Below, in pieces: positions 39,839 to 58,197 of a stretch of DNA of 64,000 bases. Positions within the stretch are counted from its first letter, which is position 1, and each line of letters starts with the position of its first letter. The translations under genes were made by a program, and so were the position numbers. Where the stretch lies: contig CM007992.1 in the NCBI GenBank assembly GCA_002189035.1, forward strand, positions 558,001 to 622,000. Direction: 5' to 3'. The notes beneath the pieces are model-generated. The model saw only the letters and a list, made by a program, of their open reading frames with translations. It did not search any database and was not told the DNA's origin. Origin of the DNA: Utricularia gibba. Its lineage: Eukaryota; Plantae; Magnoliophyta.

Positions 39839-41772
39839 TCAGGCAGCAAGTAACACGATTAGTATGAGAAGCATTATGCCGAAGATAAGGAGCAGTAAGC
39901 AGGTCTGCGACAAGCAACTTATCAAGTATCAGTTGACAATAAGAAAAAAAGATGGGGTCCGTGTAACTAGGGAACATGAGTGGAATATTTGAAACACACA
40001 GTTGATGAAGTGTTGGTCGTGTATCTAAATAATTAACTAACCAGAGATGAGCTTGATTTCTGAGACTTTGCAGCCTTCGCGAGCTGAGATTTCCCCTGGA
40101 CAGTTGCAGCATGAGCGCCCTCAATATTGGAGCCAACATCCTCTGCGGGGACATGAGATTGAAACGTTGATACATATCTTCAACAAATTGAGAGAATGTC
40201 ATGCGCGATTCTATTTACCAATCATGGTTCCTTGGTCGTGGATCAGCACAGCAAGGTCCTTGAAAATGTCACTAACTTCACCAATTTGTTGCTGTATTTC
40301 TTGTATGCCCTGCTCTCTTTCTTCTATGATGGCTTCGTTGAAAGCAATATCATTGTCCAACAGCAAAACCTCTTGTCTGGAACATGAGAGGTCATTGGTT
40401 AAGAGACAGCTTTACATGAGTGACGTAAGAGGTATGAGGCATACAAGATAATTCTGCAGGGATATTGATGCATATGGTACAAAACAGAAAAAAAAAATAT
40501 GGTAAGGAATGCCTCAGAGTGTAAACGCTGAGATCCAAATTATATGTCATGCAAGAGAAGGTCATACCGCAAGTGTAAGAGGTTGGATGAAGGAAAACAC
40601 AGAATCAACAACAGTATGAAAAAACATTAGGAATTAAAAATAGTGTGTCGGCTGATTCTGAAGCGCGTGGGAGTCACAGTGGTCATATATGTTGAGAAGT
40701 GTTTATTTACCTTCTAGTTTCGACAAGAAGTGCACGCTCCTCTGGCGTCTTATCTGCAGTAACATCGATTTCGCCAGCAGTGTAACTGCAGAACAGGGTC
40801 ACTCCAAAAGATAGGTTATGATGTGAAATCATTTTCAATCAACAGTCAGTGTATACTTCAAAGCCATTCTAATGGACATAAAATTGAAACTGTGAACATC
40901 ATAAACTACAGCAGCAGCCACAGTTTTACCTGGAAGGAACATGAGGAACAAAAGGAGTATATGACATTTCCCTTTCGGCAGCCAGCCGTTGTGCCTTCTG
41001 AAACTCTTTCAGAACGGATTGAAAGTCCTTTGCTAATTTAGCATCTGCTATTTTCTTCGTCTCCTGCATATGCAAGAAAATTGCCATAAGAGATTCCATA
41101 TTAAATTAAAGAAATGCTGTATGATCCACAAAATAAAAGAATGCACACAGTTGATGGGATAATCAGGGGAATGAACATTTTTGGGGGAAAAATGTTGTAT
41201 GATCCCGTAGTGCAGAAGTTGACTTACACTGACTTCAATCCTGTGATCGGCTTCACTTGCTTGTTTCAGTTTAGCTGATGTATCCTTCACCAACTGACCG
41301 ATGTGCAGCCGAGTTTTATGCCTGCAGTTAATCAAAATGTTCAACAGACCACCAAAGTACTTTAGTAGATAAAAACCTCACAGTAAAATATAGCAAAACC
41401 CAACGCATTATTCTATATACACACTTAGCCAAAATACTTAACGTGTAAAAATTCTTAACAGAAAATGAGTTTCATAATTTATGGTCTCTTCCTTGCGATT
41501 ATACTCATTCACACCGCCATGAAAATATGAAAACAGCTTGAATCACTTGCACAGTAATAAGATACGCAAAAGAAAACTAACAGCTTTTCACGAAGCACAG
41601 GTGTGTCCTTTGGGGTACCAAGGGTGTTAACCAAGCGCTGAAATGTGGAAACCGAAGTGTTGATCTGGAAAATTCCGGATGCCACAGCCTGACTCGGATC
41701 CTGCTTCCCATTTGCGTAACTCTTTTGGATCCCAGAAGCTCCACGGCCTGCTTCTAGATCTTGAAAACTCAT
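39839..41772 (-). CDS. SYP22: Qa-SNARE syntaxin SYP2 family (SYP22/VAM3-like)
   Basis: [47 protein letters not shown]; [13 protein letters not shown]; [20 protein letters not shown]; [23 protein letters not shown]. Confidence 0.92.
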
Positions 41773-42326
41773 CCTTGTTTGGAAGAATTAAACCGCTTCT
41801 ATGATCAATTTCTAACTCCTACACCCATAGAATCCTTCTCCACGACGGAGTCTCTGGGACAAAATTCGAGATGATGGAGAATCACGAAGATAGAGAAGGC
41901 ATCGATATCAATCGTTTGTTTCAGAATCTTTGAGGTCTCGGAACCAGAAAGAATCGATTGGTGTAAAGGAATCATCGGAAACGTAGAAGAAACATTTGTA
42001 TTGTAATTTACTAAACCTCATGGGTTGAAATGTGAATAGCGTATTATTTTGGGTCAATTTGAAATTTTAACTTTTATCCGCGATTCTCTAAAAACGTTCA
42101 TCAGTCGCCGATCGATCTCCGATTCACTATTCTTCGTCGTTCTTCCTCGATCAAGCGGTCAGTGAATCCAGTTTCTTGCTTGGAATTAGATGATTTCTTA
42201 AAGAATTTATGCTCATTTCATCTAAGCTAGATTTTTGTTCCAATTTTTTGATGATTCCATCGGTGTCTTCGTGTTCGGATTTGATGCTTCTTTTTTACTT
42301 CAGAACCCAGAATCTGCGGAATTTCC

Positions 42327-42649
42327 ATGGAACTAGCGGACAAGACGGTGGGATTTCTTCTATCCATTATCAGCTTGTCGATTTTCACGTATTACACCTT
42401 CTGGGTTATCATCCTGGTGAGTCATTTGAATCTGATTTCGTGGGTTATTGTACATGGAAATGGAGAGTTTAGTGGGTTTTCTTATTGCTGTTTCAGCCAT
42501 TTTTCGAGAGGGAGCATTTTGTGCACAAGTACTTTTTACCACAGGAATATGCCATTCTCATCCCGGTGTGCGCTGGTGTCGCTCTCTTGTGCTTCATTGC
42601 CATGTTTTTTGGCTATGTGATCCTCAAATCTAAGAAGAAAAAGGCATGA
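42327..42649 (+). CDS. DPMS2: Dolichol-phosphate mannose synthase regulatory subunit DPM2, 2 exons
   Basis: MELADKTVGFLLSIISLSIFTYYTFWVIIL / PFFEREHFVHKYFLPQEYAILIP..VILKSKKKKA*; ends in a dilysine-type ER tail. Confidence 0.92.
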
Positions 42650-44336
42650 AAAATTAGTAAATCCCTTATCTCTGTGCTACATAGCTGATTTAGGTACCAT
42701 TCCTGTACAAATTTTGATGTTGCAAACTTTTATGATGCATCTCAATGATCAGTATTTGCATTTTATGTGATGTACTTCGTGATGCATTATATAGCCTTTA
42801 AACTCGCTCAGATCCTAACAGATAGTGAGAATCGGTTCTCCAGTCGCCCGTATTTAGAAATAACATGAATTCTTTATTGCTTCAATCACAACCAAGAGCC
42901 ACAGGTATGTACCTTGCAAAGATACACAGAGTATATGTTGTCTAGGGAAAGAATAATACATTGACACCCCAGAAGCAAGTGTCCTCGTCGTTGACACTCT
43001 TCACAACCAGAAAAGGTCGTCATCAAGGTATGTAGTCCAAACTCATGACTATTTAGAACCCTAAGCAAGCATTTGCATTAGATTTCAATTGCAGTTGCAG
43101 CTCAGTATCACTGCACACGGAGAGCACTTTCTTGTAGCTGCCAATTGTGCATCTATCTTTGATACCCTATAAAAAGAAAAAAAAAAAGCAGACTATTTAG
43201 TAACTACGTTTTTGATTTGATGGGATCCTTTCTGGGCTGAAGCCTTTTGTTAGTTCATGTCTAGGCATCCTTCACCTTCCTCTGTTTGGTTACTAGCTTT
43301 TGCTTCCCTTTTGTCCTTTGCAATCGAGAAATGCCCAAAATCTATGAATACTCAGCCCTCTGTCACTGAATTTCCCACCTTACTTTCTGTCTTGGATTCT
43401 CTTTGAATCTTTAAAAGTGTATGCCTGTTCATGATGTGAAAGCCAATGCTTGAATGAGATTGGTGTTTCTGCGTAAATGGTTGACTCTGTCGTTTCATTG
43501 CATGCGTCCTCGTATACAGATCACACCAGAATGTCAACCATTAAAAGTAATTTTTGTGTTTTAAATATAGAAAAATAATGTCGAGGGATGGACACGTGTC
43601 CACTACTCGTCCCAATAGCCGGCCCCTGTCAGATGCGGGTCAACGGAATGCGTCTCCAGGCATCCCCTTCTGTGCTCCTTCCCGTACCGGATGGCCCCCC
43701 TACTCTTCTGACCTACAGGGGATAACCGCTTTCTTGCATTTCCGGCTTCGTCCTTCAAGGGTAGCATCGGAATTTCCAACAGGAAGTTTGCGGTAGTTGA
43801 AAGAAATGAACAACTACCGGTAAGCACTTCCCGCTTTTAATACGCGTGAAGTAATTGGAGAAAATTAAATAATCATTTAAAAAATCATTAACTTAAAACT
43901 TGAATTTCTTATTTAATTTAGATGAGGCATCTTTCTTGTATTTCGTTTTTTCCTGTTGCGCCTTGGAGATTCATTTACTGTTTCCTGATCTCTCTCTCTG
44001 CGCACTTTACACGACGCGCCACCGTGGGAGCGCGCTTTGCTTTCCCGCCGACCGAGTATGAGTCGGTGAATCCACCACTTTCTTCTCTGCTTCACGTCTC
44101 CAAGTGTGGGAAAATTGCTGTGTGTGACGCGGTGGAGTGCGGACGCGTTTCCGATCTCTAAGTTTGACCAGGCAGGTTGTGATAATGTGGAACCTGCCGT
44201 AGTGTTTCTACGCCTTTTGAGGCCCTACGTTTTCTTTTAAGACGGTTTGAACAGGGTTTTGGGCAGAATTGGCGCTGCGTTTTGTGAGAGTTGGGGGAGA
44301 AGGCGGAGGGGGATCAGGGGAGTTTTGCTGCATGAC

Positions 44337-48878
<4,542 letters not shown>

Positions 48879-49174
48879 CCACGTTAAGATGGCTATCACC
48901 ATTCAACATGGGGAGTAGCTTCTTACCTGATGGATAGTTATACTGCTGTCCATGAATCAACATTTCACCGATCAGCCTGACTCTGCTAACAACATTTGCA
49001 TAGTGGTGGGAGTTTAACAACACACACAGGAAGGAGAATTGAGCTTACTTTTGATGTAAAGCACTGGACATACACATTCATTGTGTAAGTTCGTCTCAAA
49101 TTGAGGCGATTTGCACGCTGATCAAATTCTTATGGTTCTCAGGGCTGGAGGATCAACTGTCTCCTGATAATAAT

Positions 49175-52100
49175 TGTACAAAGTTATTGGTTTGTTCCAT
49201 ATAATTGTATGAGCTAGATCAATATATAATAATTAGATAGAATCCATTTATATTCTTATATATGATTGGATTGGACATAATATGATTGTTGGACTACATC
49301 AAATATGAGTTCCTAAAATATAGGTCATAACTAAGTTAGACAATTATAAAATTACTGGACTAAGACATATTTATTGTAAGGAGTTGGGCGAAATGCGTAT
49401 TCGGATTGAGCCATAATGTATATTTGGGTAGATCATTAATATGATTGGGTTAGGTCCACATAAAGTAATTGAATTGATACATATTATTCTATGAGTGAGG
49501 CCACAATTGTATCGAAATTGAATCACAATTGTATATTTGTGTGGGCAATTTATATGACTAAGTTATATTTATATAAATTAATTGAATTGAGATACATTAC
49601 TGTATGGATAAGATTGCAATTGTATTAAGTTAGGTCATAATTGTATAAAGTAATTGAATTAAGAAATTGTCAGATGGTGATATGATACTTTGTGAATAAT
49701 ACTCTAGTCTCTCAACATATAGTTTGTATATGTTGGACCACAATTATATATTTAGATAAACTATTTATATCATTGAATTAAGTCTATATAAAGTAATTGG
49801 ATTAGAATATATTATTATATGTGCGAGACTATAAACTATTTATACGATTAAGCTAAGAAACATACCTTTCAATTCAATAATGATTCTAGAACATCTCCAC
49901 GAACAATCATCTACGCCAACCTAAATAGAATAGTATATTGTTATGTCAATAACTTATACGTACAGCCACATATAGACATTCTTAAATTTCGTATCCTTCA
50001 GCAATTGTTATTTTCTCAACTCCAGGTTCCTCAATTATAACAGGATTATTCTTTTTCCGACATGATAAAATTTGAATGCATCTTCTTATTTCATCATCAC
50101 ATTCAATAATAGGATCAAGTTTCCCATGCCTTGCAAACTCAGTTAAATCATTTACGTACTTCTCAAGGGCCTCATACTTGCCTTCTGGATCTACATTCAA
50201 AACAGAAAACTTTGAGTAGCGTGTAAACCGGCAAGAGTTCCTAAAATATAGGTCATATCTATGATCAGAGTTAGTTCTTTTATATAATTAGATTAGATTG
50301 CTACCAATATCTAGGTTAAGCAATTATAAAGTTAACGGATTAGAACATATTTATTGTAAGGAGTTGGGCGAAATGTATATCCGAATTGAACCATAATGTA
50401 TATGTTGGGTACATTATCTAAAAAAGACATATCTATGATATTAATTAGGCGATTTATATAATTGGATTGCATCTATACAAAAAAAAATTAATTGCGACAT
50501 ATTATTATTTAAACGGATTTGCAATTGTATATGAATTGAGCCACGATTATATATTTGGGTAGACCATTTATATGATTGGGCTAGGTTCACATAAAGTAAT
50601 TGGATTGACACATATTATTGCATGAGTGGGTTCGCAATTGTATTGGAATTAAGCCACAATTGTATATTTGTATGGGCAATTTATATGACTAAGTTATGTT
50701 CATATAAAATAATTGAATTGAAATATATTATTGTATGGATAAAACTGCAATTATGTCAAGTTAGGTCACAATTGTATATTTAGGTAAACCATTTATATGA
50801 TTAGGCTAAATCTCTAAAAAATAATTGAACTCAGATATATTATTGTATAAAGAGGGTCGTAATTGTATTCGAACAGGGCCACAATTATATACTTGGATGA
50901 ACCATTTATATGAATATATTGAATCCATACAACGTAATTAGATTGAAATATATTATTATATGGATGATGTCATAATTATCTCCGAATTGAGCCACAATTA
51001 TATATTTGGGTTACTATTTATATAATCGAGATATTTTCCTATAAAATAATTGGACTAGAGCATATTATTGTATGGACAAACTCATAATTTTATTAGAGCT
51101 TGATAACAATAGTATATTTGAATAAGTTATTTATATGAATATGCTAAGTTAATATAAGATAATTATATTAAGAGATATTATTGTATGAGTTGGACTATAA
51201 TTATATTCGAGTTGAGTCACCGTTGTATATTTAAATGAACTATTTATATGATTAGGCTCAATCAATAAAAAATAATTAAATTGAGAGATATTATTATATG
51301 GGTTGAAATACAATTGTATCTAGATTGGGTCAAAATTATATATTTAGATGGACTATTTATATGACTTTGCAAGGTAAATTTTTCAATGAGAGTTCATGAA
51401 CCGATTAGATGAATTCATTATCTTACAATCATTGGATTTAGGTAAGATAAACAAAGTAGTGAAAATTGAGATACGTCATTTCTTATACATATTATCATTA
51501 AATGATTTTCTTACAATATTCAATTGGAAAATGAATTATTTTACTGTTTTCTTGATTACTTGAATTTGATTGATAGTCGGATCTTCTATATTATAATTAT
51601 GATTTTCTCTAGTCTATTAATCAATTATTTTCCATTGAGATATTCTCTCGATTTATGTAGATTTAATGTGTAAGACAAAGGTTAGGACCAAGAAATATCA
51701 AGTTCAATTACATATAGAAAGCATTAAAGGTGTTGATGAACTTGAAATACAACCTAAATTTCAAGTCCAGACCAATGAAACAAATGATATAGTAAATGGT
51801 TGAGAATAAGGTTGCAATGGAGATACTAAAAGAAGATATCAAAGATGAAAACTTTATTGTTTTGGATCACATCCCTAATTTAACATAGAATCTATATATA
51901 AGAAATTGTTAGATGATGATATAATACTTTGTGAGCAAATGACTCTAGCCTCTCAATATTTAGTCTTCTAATCAATTTTTATTTTTATCTAGATTGGACC
52001 ACAATTATATATTTAGATAAAATATTTATATGATTGTGCTAAGTCTATATAAAGTAATTGAATTATAATATATTATTATATGTGTGAGACAACAATTGTA

Positions 52101-52830
52101 TTCAATATAGATCACAATTATATATTTGGATTGCACATTTATATGATTAAGTTGGATCCATATAAAGTAATTAAATTGTGATATATTATTATTTGTCTGG
52201 GATTGCAATTGTATCCACACGAAGCTATCTTTGTATATTTTGATAAGTCATTTATATAATTGAACTATATTTATATAAAGTAATTAAATTGAGATATATT
52301 ATTATATATATGATACCACAATTGTATTCAAATTTGATCATAATTATATATTTGAATGAGATATTTATATGATTGAATTGAATCTAATTGGATATTTGGA
52401 TGAACCAATTGTATTACAATTGTATTATATACCACAATCATATTTTAATTATATTACAATTGTATATTTGGATGAACCATTTATATGATTATGTTGGATC
52501 CATATAAAATAATTGGATATAGGATATATTATTATAAATACAGGGCCACAATTGTATTTGAATTGAGTGATAATTGTATATTTATGTGAGACATTTATGT
52601 GATTGAATTTGATCAACATAAGGTAATTAAAATGAAACATATTATTATATGGGTTAAGCCACAATTATATTTGAGGTGAATCACAATTATATATTTGAGT
52701 GAATTATTTATATAATTGGATTATGTCAATATAATATAATTACATTGGAAGATATTATTATATAAGCTGAATCACAATTATATATTTAAATGGGTCATTT
52801 ATATAATTGAATTGTGTTAATATAAGATAA
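49175..52830. repeat. Degenerate AT-rich tandem array, unit about 113 bp, with two insertions
   Basis: The g(c/t)cacaatt anchor recurs at 50540, 50653, 50765, 50878 and 50991 (spacing 112-113). Each unit carries two CAATTGTAT-like motifs. Confidence 0.9.
49857..50232 (-). pseudogene. CLPB4: ClpB4 gene fragment (NBD1 exon + intron + next exon) embedded in the tandem array
   Basis: Collinear with parent about 32915-33290. Walker A GEPGVGKT is changed to EEPGVEKI. Confidence 0.92.
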
Positions 52831-52874
52831 TTAGATTGAGACATATAATGATATGAGTTGAACTTATATAGTAA

Positions 52875-53061
52875 TTGAAGGGGCCCATTTATATTGTTAT
52901 GTGTGATTGGGTTGGGCTAATATGAATTTTATGGATTGAACATATTATGTGTTCTGGGCTGTACCGTATTTTTATCCTGTCTGGGCCATTTTCGTGATCC
53001 AAGTTGGGCCACAATGTATTTTGTGATCTGGGCCAATATATAGTTTTTAGACGTGGCCCTA
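52875..53061. promoter_or_regulatory. Cluster of site II (TGGGCY) motifs about 430-600 bp upstream of the ATS1 ATG
   Basis: About six TGGGCC/TGGGCT copies on either strand within 190 bp. Function is inferred only. Confidence 0.45.
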
Positions 53062-53489
53062 TTATTATTAATTTCAAAGAATATTTTTAAATAATATCAA
53101 AATAGTAAAAGAATCTACAAATTTACTATTGAACTTAAATAATAAGTATTAATTTCAATTAGTAGACAGAGTAAATCTGATATGGTATTTGTTATTTTAA
53201 AACATTTTCCATTTTTTTAAAAAATATTATCAAATCAATTGATTATTACATACATATAAAAAACCATAAATTTAGAATATTTTTTTATCAAAATTATTTT
53301 TTGGAAAATGCTTTTGTTGATATTAAATTAAACAAACTTATAACTGTTTTCTTAGCTGGAGTTTGACCGCTATTTTTCATGTTATCTATTTGGCCAACGG
53401 CGGCTCGCTGGAGCTATTTATATTAATCTCATAATTCGCCTATTTTCATTTTCCGTCACCGTTTCCAAAACTCGAGGTTGAAGGTAAGA

Positions 53490-56400
53490 ATGAACCTATC
53501 CGCTGCAACTCCCACTACTCCCTTCACCTGCTTTCCCACACCCAAAGCTTCCGTATCCTCCATATCCGGTTTTATCTACGGCGGCGCAGCCTCTAGAAAA
53601 AGCTGGAAGCGCTCCTCGCTTCCAATTTTCTGCGCTCTCGGGCTGCGGGGAACGCTAGAGACGTTCGATGATAGGAAGAGCTTCTCAGGTATCGGGGCGG
53701 CGGTTTATGCCGTCAGCTCACTTCACCAACAGGATGAAATCGCGACGACTTTTCTCGAAGCTCGTTCCGAGCAAGGTGATTCTTATCCTTGTCGGTGAAT
53801 GAATCGAATTCTATTTTAATCGTCTCGCCGTATCTGCAGCTTGTTCTAGGGCTTCCGCCGTCTTTTTTGTCTTTGGATCCGTATGACTAAAACGTAATTT
53901 ACTTGTAGAATACATTTGTTGACGTTTCTATTATGTTGGCTATGTAATTACTGGTATGACTTTATATGTTGAATTAGAAAGTAACATTTGTATTTAAAAT
54001 GAGTTTACTTTGCTCAACGTTGACGATGTTTTATTGGCAGACAAAAGTGCCTTGAATACTCTACTGAAATTATACATTGTCAGTCCTAAAAATTTCTGTC
54101 CGATTCAATCAGCATCTTCAATGTAATGGTGAAACTTGATAATTTGTGGGGAAATTGATTTCATGGTGACAATGATGAGTAAAATGAATGAGGACGCTGT
54201 TATTCAACAGTTTATACAAAAACGGAGTGTAAATTGTTTTTCCATACCTTTATGTATAATCTTCTGTATGTTGAACAGAAGATCTTACATGTTGGAGTGC
54301 GTACATTGTCTCGTAAATTGTTCATTTTTTCGATCATATACTTGTTTCACTTCTTCAAGGGTCTAGCAGTTATTTCAAATGTTGATTCAAGTGTTATCTA
54401 CATACATTCTCTCTTGTGTTGAGTTCTTCTGCTTTCTTTCTCCCAGACTTGCTGTTGGGGATAACGAAAGAAGCAGAAGCAGGACGGTTGCCATTAAACG
54501 TTGCTAAGGGGATGGAAGAGTTATATTACAATTATCGAAATGCGGTGCCTGATCTCATTTATCCCTCACATAAGGCTAAATTACCTCTCATTTTTTTCTG
54601 TCTATTTTTTTTAGTTGACATGTGATTTTGGAATATGTCTTTGTTTGATGTCTTCATCCTTTTGTAAATTAGTAGATGTTGTTTATAGATACGTTGTTGA
54701 TGTCTCCACTGAATTGTATGTCTAAGTGCCTCACATGTTTGTTTTAAGGTTGTGGTATTTCTGATGCAATGCGTCTTATTCATTAAGTTTCCCTTGTTTA
54801 ATATCCTGGCACCCACTTCAGGTTCTTGAAAGTGGACATCCAGAAGCTCATGATATTGTTGTATCGAACATGGCTGTTGTATTTGAGCGAATTTTCATGG
54901 ATGTTCGGGTATTGTGTCATTTCCCTTTGTTTGCCTAAATTTCTTACTTGATCCATGTAGCTTCTCAGTCTTTTTAACTTTCCAAATTTTCAGGATCCAT
55001 TTCACTTCTCACCATATCATGAAGCCATTCGAGAACCTTTTGATTATTATTTATTTGGTCAAAAATATATTCGTTCGCTGATTGATTTCAGGTTAGGATA
55101 CCGTAATGCCCTTTATTGTCCTCCGATTAGAGGATTAAATATTATTAGTCACAATGTTCCATGTTAAGCTGAGACTGCTACTCCTACTAGACTTCTTTGC
55201 TTAGTATTCTCACTCATGACAAAAAATACTATTTTGAAATATACACTCGACTTCTTTGTTCATATGTTCTGAGGTAGTTTTTTTTCTGCATTTCAGAAAT
55301 TCATTTCTTGGAAACATCTCCCTCTTCAATGAAATGGAACAGAAGCTCAAGCAGGTGCTCACTTTTTTAAGCAATTTACGATCTTTGAGGTTCTTTATTG
55401 ATTATTTCCTTGACCTTGTCCATCTTGCTACTGAGAATATTTTTTAGTTCTTTGAGTTAGTCTAGGTAGAGAAAGTAGCATGCCAAGGACGTGAGTACGG
55501 GTTCTTTGAAACATAATTCATTATATTGCAGTATCTTGCACTTTTTCTTGGTTTATGCTCATAGAGTCTGAATACGGTTATGTTGAAGCATAGGGTGCTG
55601 AGAATGTCGATTGCAATCATCATGACTTATCATCCATTTGAATAATCTGTTGCATTGTTTGTCTTTCCTAATTCATATTTTTTTCCTTTGGAAAACATAA
55701 TCATCTGTTCCTGATGAGTATGTAGTTGTTGTTTCAGGGAGAGAATGTTATCCTAATCTCCAACCACCAAACAGAAGCAGATCCGGCGGTCATAGCATTG
55801 TTGCTTGAGGCCACTAATTTGTTCATTGCTGAGAATGTGGTCAGACCATTATTCTATAATCCTTATTTTTGAGACATTGAAAAAACTTAGATATCTTTAA
55901 TTGTGCGCATTCATATAGATATATCCCCCGTATTACAGATCTATGTGGCAGGCGATAGGGTGCTCACAGACCCTCTGTGCAAACCCTTTAGCAAGGGAAG
56001 GAACCTTCTATGTGTTTATTCCAAAAAACACATGAACGATGATCCTGAGCTAATAGATATGAAAAGACGAGCAAACACCAAAAGCTTGAAAGAGTTGGCA
56101 ATGCTTTTCAGGTATGTGGTTCTTTTTGGGAATGCCATTTTTATCCTTTTTCTTTTATACTTTTTAAGATCATCAGCATGGAGACTTGCACTCCTGGGTC
56201 TCCCGCATTTCAGTTGGTGTTGGTACATTTGTTTAGTTGATTGCCTTTCTATCTGAAGAATTTCCATCACTATGTGTGCAACTTCATCTATTCATTCTGA
56301 TATTAAAAGTAGATGTTAGCTGTTTTAGGTAACTGTTAATGGGGATTCTCACATTCTTAATCCATAACTATCAATGGGAAGCTGAACTGTTTACTTTATG

Positions 56401-57260
56401 TGGTGATCATATTCAGCATCTTTAATTCTATCGACAGCCTGTGATCATTATTATACTAGTTACTTGCAAGACTTTGGAAGTGGATATGTTATTTTTATGG
56501 TCGTCACAATGTTAATTCTTCAATTTTTTTTTTTTTTTTTTTTTGCCCCTTCTTGATTCTCCAGGAGTGGATCGAAAATTATCTGGATTGCACCTAGTGG
56601 TGGAAGAGATCGCCCCGATCCCGCAACAGAAGAGTGGTTTCCAGTATGGTTCTTTTCAGTTCGTTTCCTCCCTCTTTCCCTCACTAAACAACCGTAGTTT
56701 GACTGGATCGTGATTTGTGAACTTCCAGACCCCTTTTGACGTATCCTCGGTGGACAACATGAGAAGGCTTGCAGAAAACTCTGGTGTTCCAGCAAATATA
56801 TACCCCTTGACAATACTGTGCTATAACATCATGCCGCCTCCTCCAAAGGTACCTTCTTACTAATTGCTTTTACAATGTTCAATACTCATTTCTGGTCGTA
56901 CCCGATACTTTTAAAAAGGTTGAGAAAGAGATTGGAGAGAAAAGAGTTATATCCTTTCACGGTGTCGGATTATCAGCTGGTCCCAAAGTTGCTTTCCCGA
57001 ATGCAAACACCGCTGTAGATGATCCTGAAGAGGTTCATTCCCTTCCTCCCTTTACGATCCATCCCTTCAAGTTCAATTGGTTCATGATTTTGGCAATCAG
57101 AGATTACTGAATGCTGTCTTTTCAGGCCAAAGCGGCGTTCGCACAATCTCTCTACTCATCCGTCCTGGAGCAATACGCTGTCCTGAAATCGGCAATCCAT
57201 GGTAAACAAGGCCTGAAGGCATCAACCTCCGGTGTCGAATTATCCCAGCCATGGCTGTAA
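53490..57260 (+). CDS. ATS1: Plastid glycerol-3-phosphate acyltransferase, multi-exon
   Basis: Transit peptide; HX4D motif [11 protein letters not shown]; [30 protein letters not shown]; [14 protein letters not shown]; ends [10 protein letters not shown] (TAA 57258-57260). Confidence 0.94.
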
Positions 57261-57652
57261 ACCGTCTTGCTGCTCTTACCACTGGTACGGCTCTTCACCC
57301 TTCATTTCTTGCACCGTCGCCGCATCCGACTCGCCGTCTATTTCTACAGGTGAAAAGGGTCTGTTGATGTAGATACCCGAAGCCAGATTTCGTCCAACCT
57401 TCGAATTCATCTATCAACAGAGACTCGAGTTCGGAACGGCACCATGAGTCAGTCAGTAAATCTGGAGAGTCAAATTTTAACATTCCTTTGTACAGCCGCA
57501 AGCAACCCTACTCGGTATCATTTTTTTACCCAGCAAACACTCCTCGCCCACCCAGGTGACTGACTGACTGACTACTACACTTCACATACTCTTCTTATGC
57601 ACACAACGAACGGTAAGCCGTGGTTTGTTTCCCCGTTTTCTACTCACAAATT

Positions 57653-58197
57653 TAGAGATGAAAGTTGGGCCGGGCCGGGCCGACTCTATTTCAGACGGCC
57701 TCGTCAAGTTTCAGGCTACGGCCGGGCTAAAGCCCGATTACAAAAGTATGATTAGCATGGTCCTAGCCTGATTATTCATTGGGCCGGGCTGGCTCTACCC
57801 GGCCCACGGGCCTATCATGTAATAAATAAATAATTTTAAAAATTATTAAACATTAATATACATTTTAATATTATTCAAATAATTTATAAAAAAATTTAAA
57901 ATTATTATATAAATTATTAATTCATATTATCTATTTTAAAAATAAAATAATGCATATAAATTTTAATTATTAAAAATTAAAAATAATTATAATTATCATA
58001 TATATAAATCATATTTTTAAATTGGCCCTAGACCCGTCGGACTTTAAGACCCGAAGCCCAATCGACTCTAAGGGCTTAGAGCTTCGGGCCAAAAAACCCA
58101 ACAATCTTTCGGGTCATCAATGTATAGGCTCAAGCCCGATGTTTTTTAGAACCGGTCCAGGCCGACCCACGAGCTTGGACTTTAACTTTCATCGCTA
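57653..58197. mobile_element. Non-autonomous hAT-type MITE (545 bp)
   Basis: TIRs TAGAGATGAAAGTT and AACTTTCATCGCTA (13/14 match), similar to the Ac/Ds TIR TAGGGATGAAA. Subterminal GGGCC/GCCCG repeats and AT-rich core. Flanks CTCACAAATT / CTCACAAT form an imperfect 8-bp TSD. Confidence 0.8.

Noticed and set aside
43200-43830. Short ORFs between DPM2 and the demethylase (43352-43537, 43554-43796, 43603-43827)
   Set aside because: No recognisable motif or consistent splice structure; may be UTR or non-coding.
49175-52830. CRISPR-like array
   Set aside because: Eukaryotic context; units are degenerate along their full length with no conserved repeat plus unique spacer structure.
49140-53061. 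Whole array as one hAT element with CAGGGC.. / ..GGCCCTA ends
   Set aside because: Only 5-6 terminal bases match, and the 8-bp flanks (ATGGTTCT vs TTATTATT) are not a TSD.
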